A DNA stretch of 64,000 nucleotides. It comes from Candidatus Cloacimonadales bacterium. GTDB taxonomy: Bacteria > Cloacimonadota > Cloacimonadia > Cloacimonadales > JAFGVF01. Below are positions 17,701 to 26,196 of the stretch, in pieces. Below the pieces are notes generated by a model. The model made no database searches and was not told the DNA's origin. It worked only from the letters and a program-made list of their open reading frames with translations. Location of the stretch: the NCBI GenBank assembly GCA_963667035.1, contig OY762964.1, positions 288,001-352,000 of the forward strand. The letters are read 5' to 3'. A program made the position numbers and the translations under genes. Positions within the stretch are counted from its first letter, which is position 1; each line of letters begins with the position of its first letter.

Positions 17701-20210
17701 TTGTATCCGTCAGGGAAGTTATCAGCAGGATTCCATGATAGTGTAGGCAATTCTGGAACAGATTCCGCTAGGTTAGCAGGTGCAATAGCTGTTGTAGCTA
17801 GGGGTAACTCATTGAATGTAGTAAAAGACCAAATAGGGCAATTAGATGCATTCCCATTTGGATTGTAAGGGATTACTTGCCAATAGTAAGTTACTCCTGC
17901 CTGCAAGCCTGCATAGCTCAAAGAAGTTGTATTTCCAACATCTTCAGTATTATAAACGTCGGTAGGGGGATTATCTGTTCCTAATGAGACATAGTAACCG
18001 GAAGTACCTTGAGTGGTATTCCATACTAAATCACCAGTCATTGCAACACCGGTTTCGGTATCGGTAGGAGAGATTAGTGTAGTAGGAGCAGGAGGTGCTG
18101 AATTATCATACAAAGCTATATCGTCTACGCAGATATCACCATAGAAATCTCCCGCGGTTTCCATTGCTCTGAAATCTATAATAACAGTTTGATTTATATA
18201 ATCTGCTAATGATACTTCATAATATGCCCATTCGGTTGCCCCGTCGGGATCGCTTATTACCGCTAAATCACTTGTTGTGTTACCGCCAACCGAAACATCA
18301 ATATTTATGGTTGATGTATTGGCTGCATCTCCTATCCAATAATTGAATGCAAGGATAGGGTTAGTGAGGCCCGATAAATTAAATGGGGGAGAATACAGAT
18401 GAGCAGGTATAGTATCGGGGTCAGAATCATCAACTCCGATATAGTAACCATTGTTACCTGTTGCTTCATTTGGAGCTCCATGCCCACCGAATTCATTATT
18501 TGCAAGTACCCAACTATCATCAACAGGATTTACTGTCCATTCAATAGGATATTCATCAGTATCGAAGGTCTGTGAATAAGGATAAGACGATACAGTCGCT
18601 TCAAATCCGGTTCCTGTAATGGTAACATCATGACTAATTCGTGTTACATCGTCAGTTATTGTTATGGTACTGCTTATAGGACCATCAACTACTGGATTAA
18701 AAATAACTTCGAAAGTACTTAAAATAGTAGAGTCAAGAGTTAATGGATAAGTGTTATTATCGACTAATGAGAAATTTGATGTATCATTAAGGACAACAGA
18801 AGATACATTAAGAGAACTTCCACCTATATTTTGCATAGTAATTGTTACAGGATCGGAAGATGCTTCAACGAATACAATTCCAAAGTCAATAGAATCAGGA
18901 TATACTGCTAATTCTCCGTTCGGGTTTACGTCCCCGAAGGTCAATCTTGTATTTGGAATAATGCTAGATGTTCCATTAGCTGTTAACGGAGAAACAGGAT
19001 CAGTATCTGTCGTATCATTGTAGTAGAAAATACTTCTTTGATCTGTTACGGTTGTTCCGTAGAATTCTTCTGTTGTAAGACCAAAATCTTGCTGATTTTC
19101 TTCAACAGCTATTACTAAATTATCAATATTATTATATACGAAAGGAGCTGTTAAATTGAATTCAATCCAACCATCAGCAGGAATTGTTGGTAATGGACCT
19201 GTATACACGACTTGGAATTGATCAATAGGGAGCCATGAATCATTTCCATTATAAGATGTGTTAGATGTGTGTCCCATATAAATAACCCACTCATTACAGT
19301 TGTTAAGTGTGTTATCCATATTGTAATGATAAGCTACTTTTTCAATTCTTCTACCCTGAACATCTATTTCACTTTGAAGATAAATGGTTTGGGTATAGGA
19401 ATAGCCATAATACGGTTCAATCGGAAGATGTGTATTTGTTTCAGTACCACTTCCTATTGTTAAGACATCGTCACCTAGAGTAGTTTGAAAAGTTAGATTT
19501 GCTATTGAGGTAGTGGTTGTTAGAGTATTATGACCAACAACTTTCCAATAATACCAAGTTCCCAGAGCTAAATCAGATGTGGGAGTATAGGAACCGTTTG
19601 CTCCTGCAACATCACCGCTGACAACCTGAGTTACAGGTGGATAGACAGTATCTAGATAAACATCATAAGTCTCAGTATTAGCTCCAAAATCCCAAGATAA
19701 AGTTGGTATTGTATCAACATTTACAGCTCCATTAACAGGTAAAATGTTTGAAATTTGAGCGGGAGCATCGGCATCATTAATGGTTCCTGCTTGATCAGCA
19801 ATAACATTCATGACATAAGAACCATTGTAAGTACTGTATCCTTCTACACAGATAAAGTAATCTACATAAGGATCAAGAGTCAAACCTGATAGCAGAGATG
19901 TTGAGTCGACACCACTGTCATCATCAGACCATAGTTCTGTATGATTCGAGTCATAAACTGTGAGGTAAGTATCAAATGATGATCCTGTTAGATCAATAGA
20001 AACATTTGTTAATTGAGTAACTGCATTGATTACATAGAATGCATCATTTGAATCGTAACCTATTACATTTGTTAAATTTGTTGTATCCCCTGTATCGTTG
20101 TATGGTAGTGCCGTAATTGGAACTGCCAAGTTGAAATCATCACCGCCTATAGCAAGTAAAGATCCCATTACAAGAATTGAGATGATAAAAAACACTAATT
20201 TCTTACTCAT
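14763..20210 (-). CDS. 1815-aa secreted multidomain adhesin-like protein (PPC-like, FN3-like repeats, Ig-like, MAM-like, cleaved-adhesin and FlgD-Ig CTD)
   Basis: Signal peptide; three YYW.VV/IP.N FN3-like repeats; gingipain-type EDFESY..W...DVDG...DDWLITP domain; NYPNPFNPET...VSSGVYFY C-terminus. Confidence 0.8.
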   Translation of the reverse strand: MSKKLVFFIISILVMGSLLAIGGDDFNLAVPITALPYNDTGDTTNLTNVIGYDSNDAFYVINAVTQLTNVSIDLTGSSFDTYLTVYDSNHTELWSDDDSGVDSTSLLSGLTLDPYVDYFICVEGYSTYNGSYVMNVIADQAGTINDADAPAQISNILPVNGAVNVDTIPTLSWDFGANTETYDVYLDTVYPPVTQVVSGDVAGANGSYTPTSDLALGTWYYWKVVGHNTLTTTTSIANLTFQTTLGDDVLTIGSGTETNTHLPIEPYYGYSYTQTIYLQSEIDVQGRRIEKVAYHYNMDNTLNNCNEWVIYMGHTSNTSYNGNDSWLPIDQFQVVYTGPLPTIPADGWIEFNLTAPFVYNNIDNLVIAVEENQQDFGLTTEEFYGTTVTDQRSIFYYNDTTDTDPVSPLTANGTSSIIPNTRLTFGDVNPNGELAVYPDSIDFGIVFVEASSDPVTITMQNIGGSSLNVSSVVLNDTSNFSLVDNNTYPLTLDSTILSTFEVIFNPVVDGPISSTITITDDVTRISHDVTITGTGFEATVSSYPYSQTFDTDEYPIEWTVNPVDDSWVLANNEFGGHGAPNEATGNNGYYIGVDDSDPDTIPAHLYSPPFNLSGLTNPILAFNYWIGDAANTSTINIDVSVGGNTTSDLAVISDPDGATEWAYYEVSLADYINQTVIIDFRAMETAGDFYGDICVDDIALYDNSAPPAPTTLISPTDTETGVAMTGDLVWNTTQGTSGYYVSLGTDNPPTDVYNTEDVGNTTSLSYAGLQAGVTYYWQVIPYNPNGNASNCPIWSFTTFNELPLATTAIAPANLAESVPELPTLSWNPADNFPDGYKLYLGSDNPPTDINNGLDLGLVTSYEVTTPLQFETTYYWQIVPYNFVGDAINCPIWSFTTNSNQNYGGDGTLYGGYYFANSTDAGNGLGHQPLFEWVEISDNETTLNGANITTGSYDDGYWTVPIGFTFNFFGNDYTELSICSNGTIQFSNYNSNHVAHTNLAIPNSEAPNDLIAFLAMDSDPEDIPSTLTYGNDEEGNFVYTALMYDDYNDPAEYIDVQVILYQSGRIKIQYRNYVNPNGDIDLNSIIGDTCVGIENADGTIGHQYRNNGVGGPINDPMAICYAQTPGDLSDGGNGLMIPTDIEFNVVTVNDDSDVFQLRMRNFTDTTIVIANQPTLTGDDIDQFEITDNNTYPLSIAQGTQATMDIVFSPTSVGHKTGMLTIVDDFVPEEEVRNTYEISLHGYGFVQDTNDSSTQAIEFALYDDLVEEYEAIIQPETDVDWYVFWQTAPAELDIHTENANGSTIDLAAFLYGPYDEANMDIDEFSAVDFDDDSWNDNMNPHIVYNVPDDTEASGFYYLRIARSDNSPEEEEVRVSKNDSFAGSNKNTLTSSINKAKAKDNQILEQHPEPTEPTTRWSTGDYKLWISTDNPVRPSGFDEPINLAYTITYQGVNLTWGAPIPATRQLEGYNVYRDDSIINTDPVTSLFYLDTTPVIDETYEYKITAIYSAPAGESVASDSVMVTFIGVDPPIIAEDFESYDDFATSMQYWTLLDVDGEDTFGFTNGISFPGDTDPMSFIIFNPSSTTPPLQFADAFSGDKYGACFSAESGPNDDWLITPKIQLTNETAYLNFKVRSYTTQFGPELIEVAISNGGNEPEDFTVISGDSPIEASQEWSLHHIELDNYATQLIRVAFHCISDETFFLMIDDIEVMNNGATLDSHGQVAIPDRTALCGNYPNPFNPETTINFDLKENSPVTIDVYNIKGQRIATVADGDFNAGHHSVVWNGIDNNGKQVSSGVYFYKMHSGTYTKSRKMILIK

Positions 20211-20590
20211 AAATTCCTCCTTAAATAAGAAATCCTTTCATCAATAAATAATGCACTGGAATTGATTATTTTTCTCCCTATGCATCAATAACGTTTACCC
20301 ATCTCAGCTAACCACAGCAATTCTCATAGTTTGGAATAATACTGTCAAACCATTTTTTTGAAGAAGTTTATATCCTATATTATCTTTTGAAGTAAGCAAA
20401 TCCTGAATAAACGATTGTAACTAATAGTGAGCGTCATTTGGAAGATAATTATTTCTTTATGAAAAATTTGTACTTGTAAGATATTTTGAGTTCTGTTTAT
20501 CTAGTCTAAGCAGGCAATTTATCAAGAATTATCTTTACTAGTAAATATTTATGTGGAATTATTGATTAATTACTTTTATTAGGAGGAATC

Positions 20591-20872
20591 ATGATTAAAA
20601 AAATCATCATTGTACTTTTGATTGTATCCATGTTTCTTATGCTCTCCGGTTGCTTTGCAGGGACAAAGGATTCAGATGATAAACCCGCTGGATTTTTCTT
20701 AGGTATCTGGCATGGTTGGATAGCACCACTTTCTCTTATACTAGAGGTCTTTAGCTCAACAATAAAAATCTATGAGCCTCACAATCGAGGTTTTCTCTAT
20801 GACCTTGGATTCTATATGGCAATTATTGCCGGTTTTGGAGGATTATCACTTATAAGAAAGTCAAAGAAATAG
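20591..20872 (+). CDS. small conserved membrane lipoprotein
   Basis: AGGAGG RBS, lipobox LSGC, and GFFLGIWHGWIAP...YE..N.G..YD.GF pattern. Confidence 0.75.
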   Translation: MIKKIIIVLLIVSMFLMLSGCFAGTKDSDDKPAGFFLGIWHGWIAPLSLILEVFSSTIKIYEPHNRGFLYDLGFYMAIIAGFGGLSLIRKSKK

Positions 20873-20922
20873 TTTGTCTTCAATCAACAACACTTAAGAT
20901 ACTTTTCATCAAAGGAGATTCA

Positions 20923-22038
20923 ATGAACTGTCCGATTTGTTTCTCAGAACTAGAACCCAAGCATGATGATAACCATATACTATATCACTGTCCAAGATGT
21001 GAACTGGCCTATACAAGCATTACATACTTGAAGAACAATGGCAAGAAGGAGAAGAATCTACTCCACTTAAGGAACAAGATTCTCTCAGAAGGTAGAGAAT
21101 CGCATGCTTGTCCTAATTGTAATAGAACGATGAAAGGACTCAAAATCCCTGAATTCAACGGTGAACCTGAGGTTGAGGTTTGCAAGATGTGTAACTATTT
21201 CTTTATGCCGGATGGTGCGGTTTCTGAGCTTCCAAATGATCTTCGTAAAGCAAGGGATAACGTTCCTGTCAGTAAATCCACAGAAAGGAAAGCAGTTCAT
21301 TCTCATCGAACAATGGACATAGCTAAAACTAAAAGGTATGAGTACTCCAGTACTATTGAAAGAGCCGGTACTATAAGGCAACTATTTTTCCCGGAGATGA
21401 TTAATCCCCCGAATATTTCTACTCCTGCATATATTACTTACATTTATACATTAGGAACTATCCTAGTTTCATTACTAGTGCTGTTTAAGGTTATTCCATA
21501 TTTCAAAAATGATTATTCGGATGTACAGAATGTTCTTACATCATTCTTTGTATTCAGGAATATGGTCCATGTTTTGTATCTTTATTTCTTTATTTTGATG
21601 GGATATTATGTGGAAGCTGTACTTGGAAGAATTATATACATTATCCTAATTTGCTCAGGGTTCTTAATCAATCTGTTTTTAGGATCAACTTTATCCCAAT
21701 GGCATATTACAGGTCCGGATATGGTAATAGGCTTAACTATTTTTACTTTTGTATTCCTTTTCCCATTCAAAGAATTCGACACCGGTTCGATAATATTTTT
21801 AAGAGCTTATTATTTTAGGGTGCAGGCTTGGATTATGGTTACATTCTTTATTATAGTTAGAGTATTTACAAGACATCTACAGGGAAGAAACTTATCTTTT
21901 TTTGAACAGTTTACTTGGTTGGTTATCTCGCTAACAGTTTCATTTGTTTTAGTTCAAATTTTGGGAGGTCGCAAGGTAGCTTTAACCCGTAAGGGTATAG
22001 AAGCTGAAGATAATCCTGCTTGCACTTCAAAAGATTAG
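20923..22038 (+). CDS. double zinc-ribbon plus rhomboid-like membrane protein, apparently lacking catalytic residues
   Basis: CPIC/CPRC and CPNC/CKMC pairs; about 6 TM segments with H...MG..VE..LG. GASG position reads GPDM and the AHxGG position reads EQFTW. Confidence 0.6.
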   Translation: MNCPICFSELEPKHDDNHILYHCPRCELAYTSITYLKNNGKKEKNLLHLRNKILSEGRESHACPNCNRTMKGLKIPEFNGEPEVEVCKMCNYFFMPDGAVSELPNDLRKARDNVPVSKSTERKAVHSHRTMDIAKTKRYEYSSTIERAGTIRQLFFPEMINPPNISTPAYITYIYTLGTILVSLLVLFKVIPYFKNDYSDVQNVLTSFFVFRNMVHVLYLYFFILMGYYVEAVLGRIIYIILICSGFLINLFLGSTLSQWHITGPDMVIGLTIFTFVFLFPFKEFDTGSIIFLRAYYFRVQAWIMVTFFIIVRVFTRHLQGRNLSFFEQFTWLVISLTVSFVLVQILGGRKVALTRKGIEAEDNPACTSKD

Positions 22039-22124
22039 TGTAAATATAACTTATTCTCAGTATATGGTTTGACAGATAACCCTATTCTTATTTCTTTGCC
22101 GAAATACCACTAAAGGAGTACTAA

Positions 22125-22871
22125 ATGGAAAATAAAGTTTTAGCTAAAGTTAACGGTAAAGAGATTACTCAGAACGATGTCAACATCTTCATCGAAAGAT
22201 TAGGACCACAGCACGCAGCTCAATTTCAGGGTGAAGCAGGACAGAAACAAATTCTTGATGAACTCGTGAATCAGAGCCTTTTTTGTGCCGATGCTGTTGA
22301 AAATAAAATCAACGAAACTGATGCTTACAAAGATGAAATGGCAAAGATGAGTGACATGGTTCTCACTCAGATTAATGTTTCTAACCTTGTTAACTCAATT
22401 CAAGTAACTGATGAAGAAGCAGCTAATTATTTTGAAATGGCAAAAGCTAACTTTGCTCAACCTGCAACAGCAGATACAAGTCACATTCTTGTAGCTGATG
22501 AAGAAACATGTAAAGATTTAAGAAACAAGATTATAAATGAAGAGATCTCATTCGAAGATGCAGCAAAAGAACACTCATCATGCCCATCAAAGGATAATGG
22601 TGGACGTTTAGGAAGCTACCCTAAAGGTCAGATGGTTCCCGAGTATGATGCAGTTTCATTTGAGATGAGTGAAGGTGAAATCAGTGAACCTGTCCAAACT
22701 CAGTTTGGTTATCACCTTATTCGCTTAAACAGCAAAACCGAGGGTGGAGAAGCTGTTTATGAAGAAGTTAAAGACAGAGTTCAAAAAGAACTTCTTACTC
22801 AGAAGCAGCGTGAAGCTTATGTTGCGAAAATTGCTGATATGAAAGCTAAGCATAGTGTAGAATATCTTTAA
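22125..22871 (+). CDS. parvulin-type peptidyl-prolyl isomerase, no signal peptide
   Basis: SHILV, FEDAAKEHSSCPS..GG.LG, GQMVPE and PVQTQFGYHLI motifs. Confidence 0.9.
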   Translation: MENKVLAKVNGKEITQNDVNIFIERLGPQHAAQFQGEAGQKQILDELVNQSLFCADAVENKINETDAYKDEMAKMSDMVLTQINVSNLVNSIQVTDEEAANYFEMAKANFAQPATADTSHILVADEETCKDLRNKIINEEISFEDAAKEHSSCPSKDNGGRLGSYPKGQMVPEYDAVSFEMSEGEISEPVQTQFGYHLIRLNSKTEGGEAVYEEVKDRVQKELLTQKQREAYVAKIADMKAKHSVEYL

Positions 22872-22894
22872 TAGATTACTAATTGTTTAGATTT

Positions 22895-22922
22895 AAGGCA
22901 GAGTGATAAGCTCTGCCTTTTA
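22895..22922 (+). terminator. intrinsic terminator
   Basis: AAGGCAGAG-7 nt-CTCTGCCTT followed by T residues. Confidence 0.8.
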
Positions 22923-23042
22923 TATTTGAAAGTTTCTTATACCAATAGTATTGCAGTGGAAGTCATACTGCAATCTACGGATAACCAATGGTTTCCCTTG
23001 ATTGGGTTTCGTTGCCTCATTGATGCAATAACTTAATAGAAA

Positions 23043-23074
23043 AGAGCTTACTAACAAATTTATTAGTAAGCTCT
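23043..23074. terminator. terminator-like hairpin, probably the original terminator of the GWxTD genes
   Basis: AGAGCTTACTAA-8 nt-TTAGTAAGCTCT, perfect 12-bp stem with an A-tract on the left; the IS200 lies between it and the stop at 23804. Confidence 0.6.
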
Positions 23075-23084
23075 CTTAATGTGT

Positions 23085-23790
23085 AACGAAATCCACCTGC
23101 TCTGCAGGTGGTTCCCCAAAGCTTTAGCTATGCACAAAAATTCCTCCATCGTAACTTTGTAGTGTCAGCTGCAAAATAAACAAAGGAGGAGTAATGGATA
23201 ATAGTACATTATCACATACTACATGGAATTGTAAATACCACATAGTCTTTTCACCTAAGTATCGACGACAGGTAATTTATCGCAAACTAAAAAAAGATAT
23301 TGGTGAGATACTGCGAGTATTATGTGAACGGAAACAGATTGAAATCATTGAATCAGAGGCTTGCCCCGATCACATTCACATGTTGATAAAAATACCACCG
23401 AAATATAGTGTTTCATCAATAATGGGATATCTTAAAGGTAAGAGTAGCCTGATGATTTTTTGACCGACATGCTCAACTGAAATACAAGTATGGTCAACGT
23501 CGATTTTGGTGTCGAGGCTACTTTGTCGATACCGTTGGCAAAAATGAACAGCGAATAGCAAATTATGTCAGGTCACAACTCCAAGAAGATGTACTCTCTG
23601 ATTAGATGACAATCAAAGAGTTTATTGACCCGTTTACGGGTAAGCAAGAAAACTAAGGCATTCAAATAACCCCTTTAGGGGTATCCGGAAATAGTTGTGC
23701 AGCTGACATTTTCTCAGAGGGCGAGAGCCTGGTCAGTGTCTGCCCTTATAGGGCGAGTCCAAACCACCAGCTGAGCTGGTGGTCATGATT
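23085..23790 (+). mobile_element. IS200/IS605 family element (tnpA only), inactivated
   Basis: Subterminal hairpins CCACCTGC-TCT-GCAGGTGG (left) and ACCACCAGC-TGA-GCTGGTGGT (right) flank a tnpA pseudogene. Ends are approximate. Confidence 0.85.
23194..23656 (+). pseudogene. tnpA: IS200 Y1 transposase pseudogene
   Basis: CKYHIVF.PKYRR and DHIHML (HUH). One extra T in the run at 23456-23461 shifts the frame, which continues DRHAQLKYKYGQRRFWCRGYFVDTVG. A further in-frame TAG sits at 23603-23605. Confidence 0.92.
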
Positions 23791-23803
23791 GATAAGATTA
23801 TTT

Positions 23804-25120
23804 CTATTCCATGTCACTGACGTCAAAGTCAGATCCCATATATTCTTTCCACTTTGGGTCAGATGATTCATTTTCGTCATTTAAGACATGGACGATTCTG
23901 TAATTCTTGTTCATTTGCATATCTAGGAAGAGATAAGATGGTCGGTTTTTACTTTCATACTTCCAGATTTCATAATCTTTCTTTACTAGATATGTTCCTT
24001 CGGCAGTAGTTTGTCCGATGATGATTTCATCAGGTTCTCCATGAAGAATATATATTCTTCCTCTATCAGTCAGCCAACCTCTCTTGAATTTGTAATCATA
24101 TTTTGAAGAGTCAGCAACTCTCTTACGAAGGAAGCTAATATAATCTTCAATTTCCATCCGATTTTCTATAGCTTTTTGTGTCCAAAACTTAGTAGCGAAG
24201 CGCTTCTTAGCATCTGGAGAATTGAGTCTATGCCATCTTGAAGTTTCGTTGTTATTACCGAAGTACTTTATTAGCACATATTCATCTTCTAATTTTTCTG
24301 TTACAGTATAAATATCACGTTTGATTCTTTTTATAACTAAATAGCTATTTGCTAGCATGTTATTTTCTGTATCCTTAATAACAATTTCATAAAAACCGTT
24401 ATCAAACTTGTTTAACTTTATAGGGAATGCACCGCTAGAGTCTTCTTTAAGCTTTAGCGATTTGACTAACTCATCCTTTCTATAAATCTCTAATTTACTA
24501 GATGTTAAGTCAAAATCTGGTTTGGTATCAATGCTAAGATAAGCATGTTCTGTAGTTTGTAGATCTATGATATGGGAAGGTTCAACTTTATAAATAAATC
24601 CCTCTCTTTGAAATTTCTTGAGATAATCACTTTTAGCTGGAATCACTTTAGATGAAATCTCAATATCACCAACTAGAGCATCTTTAGCCAAAGCAATCAA
24701 CTCTGTTTCCCATTCAAATTCACTAGTTGTTGATGGTTCGGTGAATACTAATCTTAAACCAACATCATCGCCTTTAAAGGTATAATTAAGCTTATCCAGA
24801 TAACCTTTATCGCTTAGTTGAGTATCAAATTCATTAGACACTGCAATATGAAAAGTATTTGTTGTATTATAAAATATAGAATCTGCTTTAGTGAAAGTAA
24901 TATCAAGATCAACAACCGAAACAAAATAGTTTTCCCTTTTTTCAAATTCTAATGAGTTATAAGGGATATAGAAATTGATATCAAAAGAAGTTTTATCAGC
25001 TATATTGAATGATCGAACCAGTTCAATTTGCATTGGTAACTCTATAGCTATTGCTATAGATGAAAAAATAAGAAATACAAATAGGAGACTAATACTCATC
25101 TTGTGTATTTTGTAATTCAT
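23804..25120 (-). CDS. GWxTD domain-containing exported protein
   Basis: Signal-like N-terminus; KFW...RVA...GWLTDRGRIYILHGEPDE...YEIWKY. Start uncertain (25120 or 25099). Confidence 0.85.
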   Translation of the reverse strand: MNYKIHKMSISLLFVFLIFSSIAIAIELPMQIELVRSFNIADKTSFDINFYIPYNSLEFEKRENYFVSVVDLDITFTKADSIFYNTTNTFHIAVSNEFDTQLSDKGYLDKLNYTFKGDDVGLRLVFTEPSTTSEFEWETELIALAKDALVGDIEISSKVIPAKSDYLKKFQREGFIYKVEPSHIIDLQTTEHAYLSIDTKPDFDLTSSKLEIYRKDELVKSLKLKEDSSGAFPIKLNKFDNGFYEIVIKDTENNMLANSYLVIKRIKRDIYTVTEKLEDEYVLIKYFGNNNETSRWHRLNSPDAKKRFATKFWTQKAIENRMEIEDYISFLRKRVADSSKYDYKFKRGWLTDRGRIYILHGEPDEIIIGQTTAEGTYLVKKDYEIWKYESKNRPSYLFLDMQMNKNYRIVHVLNDENESSDPKWKEYMGSDFDVSDME

Positions 25121-26195
25121 AATCACCAAATCCTTTTATGTCCTGAAACAGGAAATTTTTGTTAATGTTGTAATAGTACCAAATGATGTATGGCTTAGTT
25201 CCTATTGGTAGAGCTTCTTTCAAGATTTCATCAGGCTCTCCGTATTTTATGAGAATTCTACCTCTGTCAGTCATCCATCCCTTTTTATATTTTCTAAATG
25301 AAAATCTGTTATCTGCTTCAATAACTCTTTTGTAAAAAGTTGAACGCATACTTTCCGGACCTGCATCTGTTTCACTATAGGCATCCCAGAATTTATTAAT
25401 TCCTGCCTCTATTTCATTATCTTTCTTAAGCTTTCTGAGATGCCTCCACTGATTCTGGGTTGTGATATAGCGTAATTGAGCAAGTTTGTGTTTCCAAGAA
25501 TAGAGTCCTGAATAGAGAACTTCAACTTGCTTGCTTCCCAGAGTCAGTCTAGTAGTCTGACCCTTAAGATTGAAAACAAAATGACTTGAAGGATTCAATT
25601 GCTGCCTAATCTCTTTTTTAGGAGAATAAACAATTAAGGTGTCCGATTCTATATCAATAGAAAGACTATCATTACATTGCAGTGATATAGCATCCGGAGT
25701 AAATTTAAATGCAAAATAGAAAACTAATTCCTGTAGGGAACCATATTGCTTAATATCATCTACAATCTGCATTGTGAAAGGATTGACTGCAATAGGTGCT
25801 ACATAGTCTACGGAACTATTAATTTTAAAACTAACGCTGTCTTTAAATCTATTTCCTAAAGCGTCATTGAAGAAATTGAAGTAAAGGGTATAATTACCCT
25901 TTGATAACGTTGTATTGTAAATTGAGATAAAGGTTTCACGTTTTCTAAAATTATCATCATGAATGATAATATCACGAAAGTCTCTGTAAACAACTTGTTC
26001 ATCTTCATTCTCTATCGTTATTGCTATACCGTTTTTTGAGATGTTAATGCCATTGGGAAAATTTATATAATCTCCATTAAGATATAAGACTAATCTCTGA
26101 TAATTCCCCAAGTTATCTACTTTTATAGATTGGGCTGATAGCAAAGAAAATCCTAACAATAAAGCAATGATTATTAAATATGTATATATCTTCAT
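25089..26195 (-). CDS. GWxTD domain-containing exported protein
   Basis: Signal peptide MKIYTYLIIIALLLGFSLLSA; KFW...FYKRVIEADNRF...GWMTDRGRILIKYGEPDE...PYIIWYY. Confidence 0.85.
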   Translation of the reverse strand: MKIYTYLIIIALLLGFSLLSAQSIKVDNLGNYQRLVLYLNGDYINFPNGINISKNGIAITIENEDEQVVYRDFRDIIIHDDNFRKRETFISIYNTTLSKGNYTLYFNFFNDALGNRFKDSVSFKINSSVDYVAPIAVNPFTMQIVDDIKQYGSLQELVFYFAFKFTPDAISLQCNDSLSIDIESDTLIVYSPKKEIRQQLNPSSHFVFNLKGQTTRLTLGSKQVEVLYSGLYSWKHKLAQLRYITTQNQWRHLRKLKKDNEIEAGINKFWDAYSETDAGPESMRSTFYKRVIEADNRFSFRKYKKGWMTDRGRILIKYGEPDEILKEALPIGTKPYIIWYYYNINKNFLFQDIKGFGDYELQNTQDEY

Positions 26196-26196
26196 T

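Noticed and set aside
22975..23030. Hammerhead ribozyme on the minus strand (UCAAUGAG-GCAA-CGAAAC)
   Set aside because: The core does not match CUGAUGA, stem II is a single pair and stem I is unconvincing; kept only as a generic structured region.
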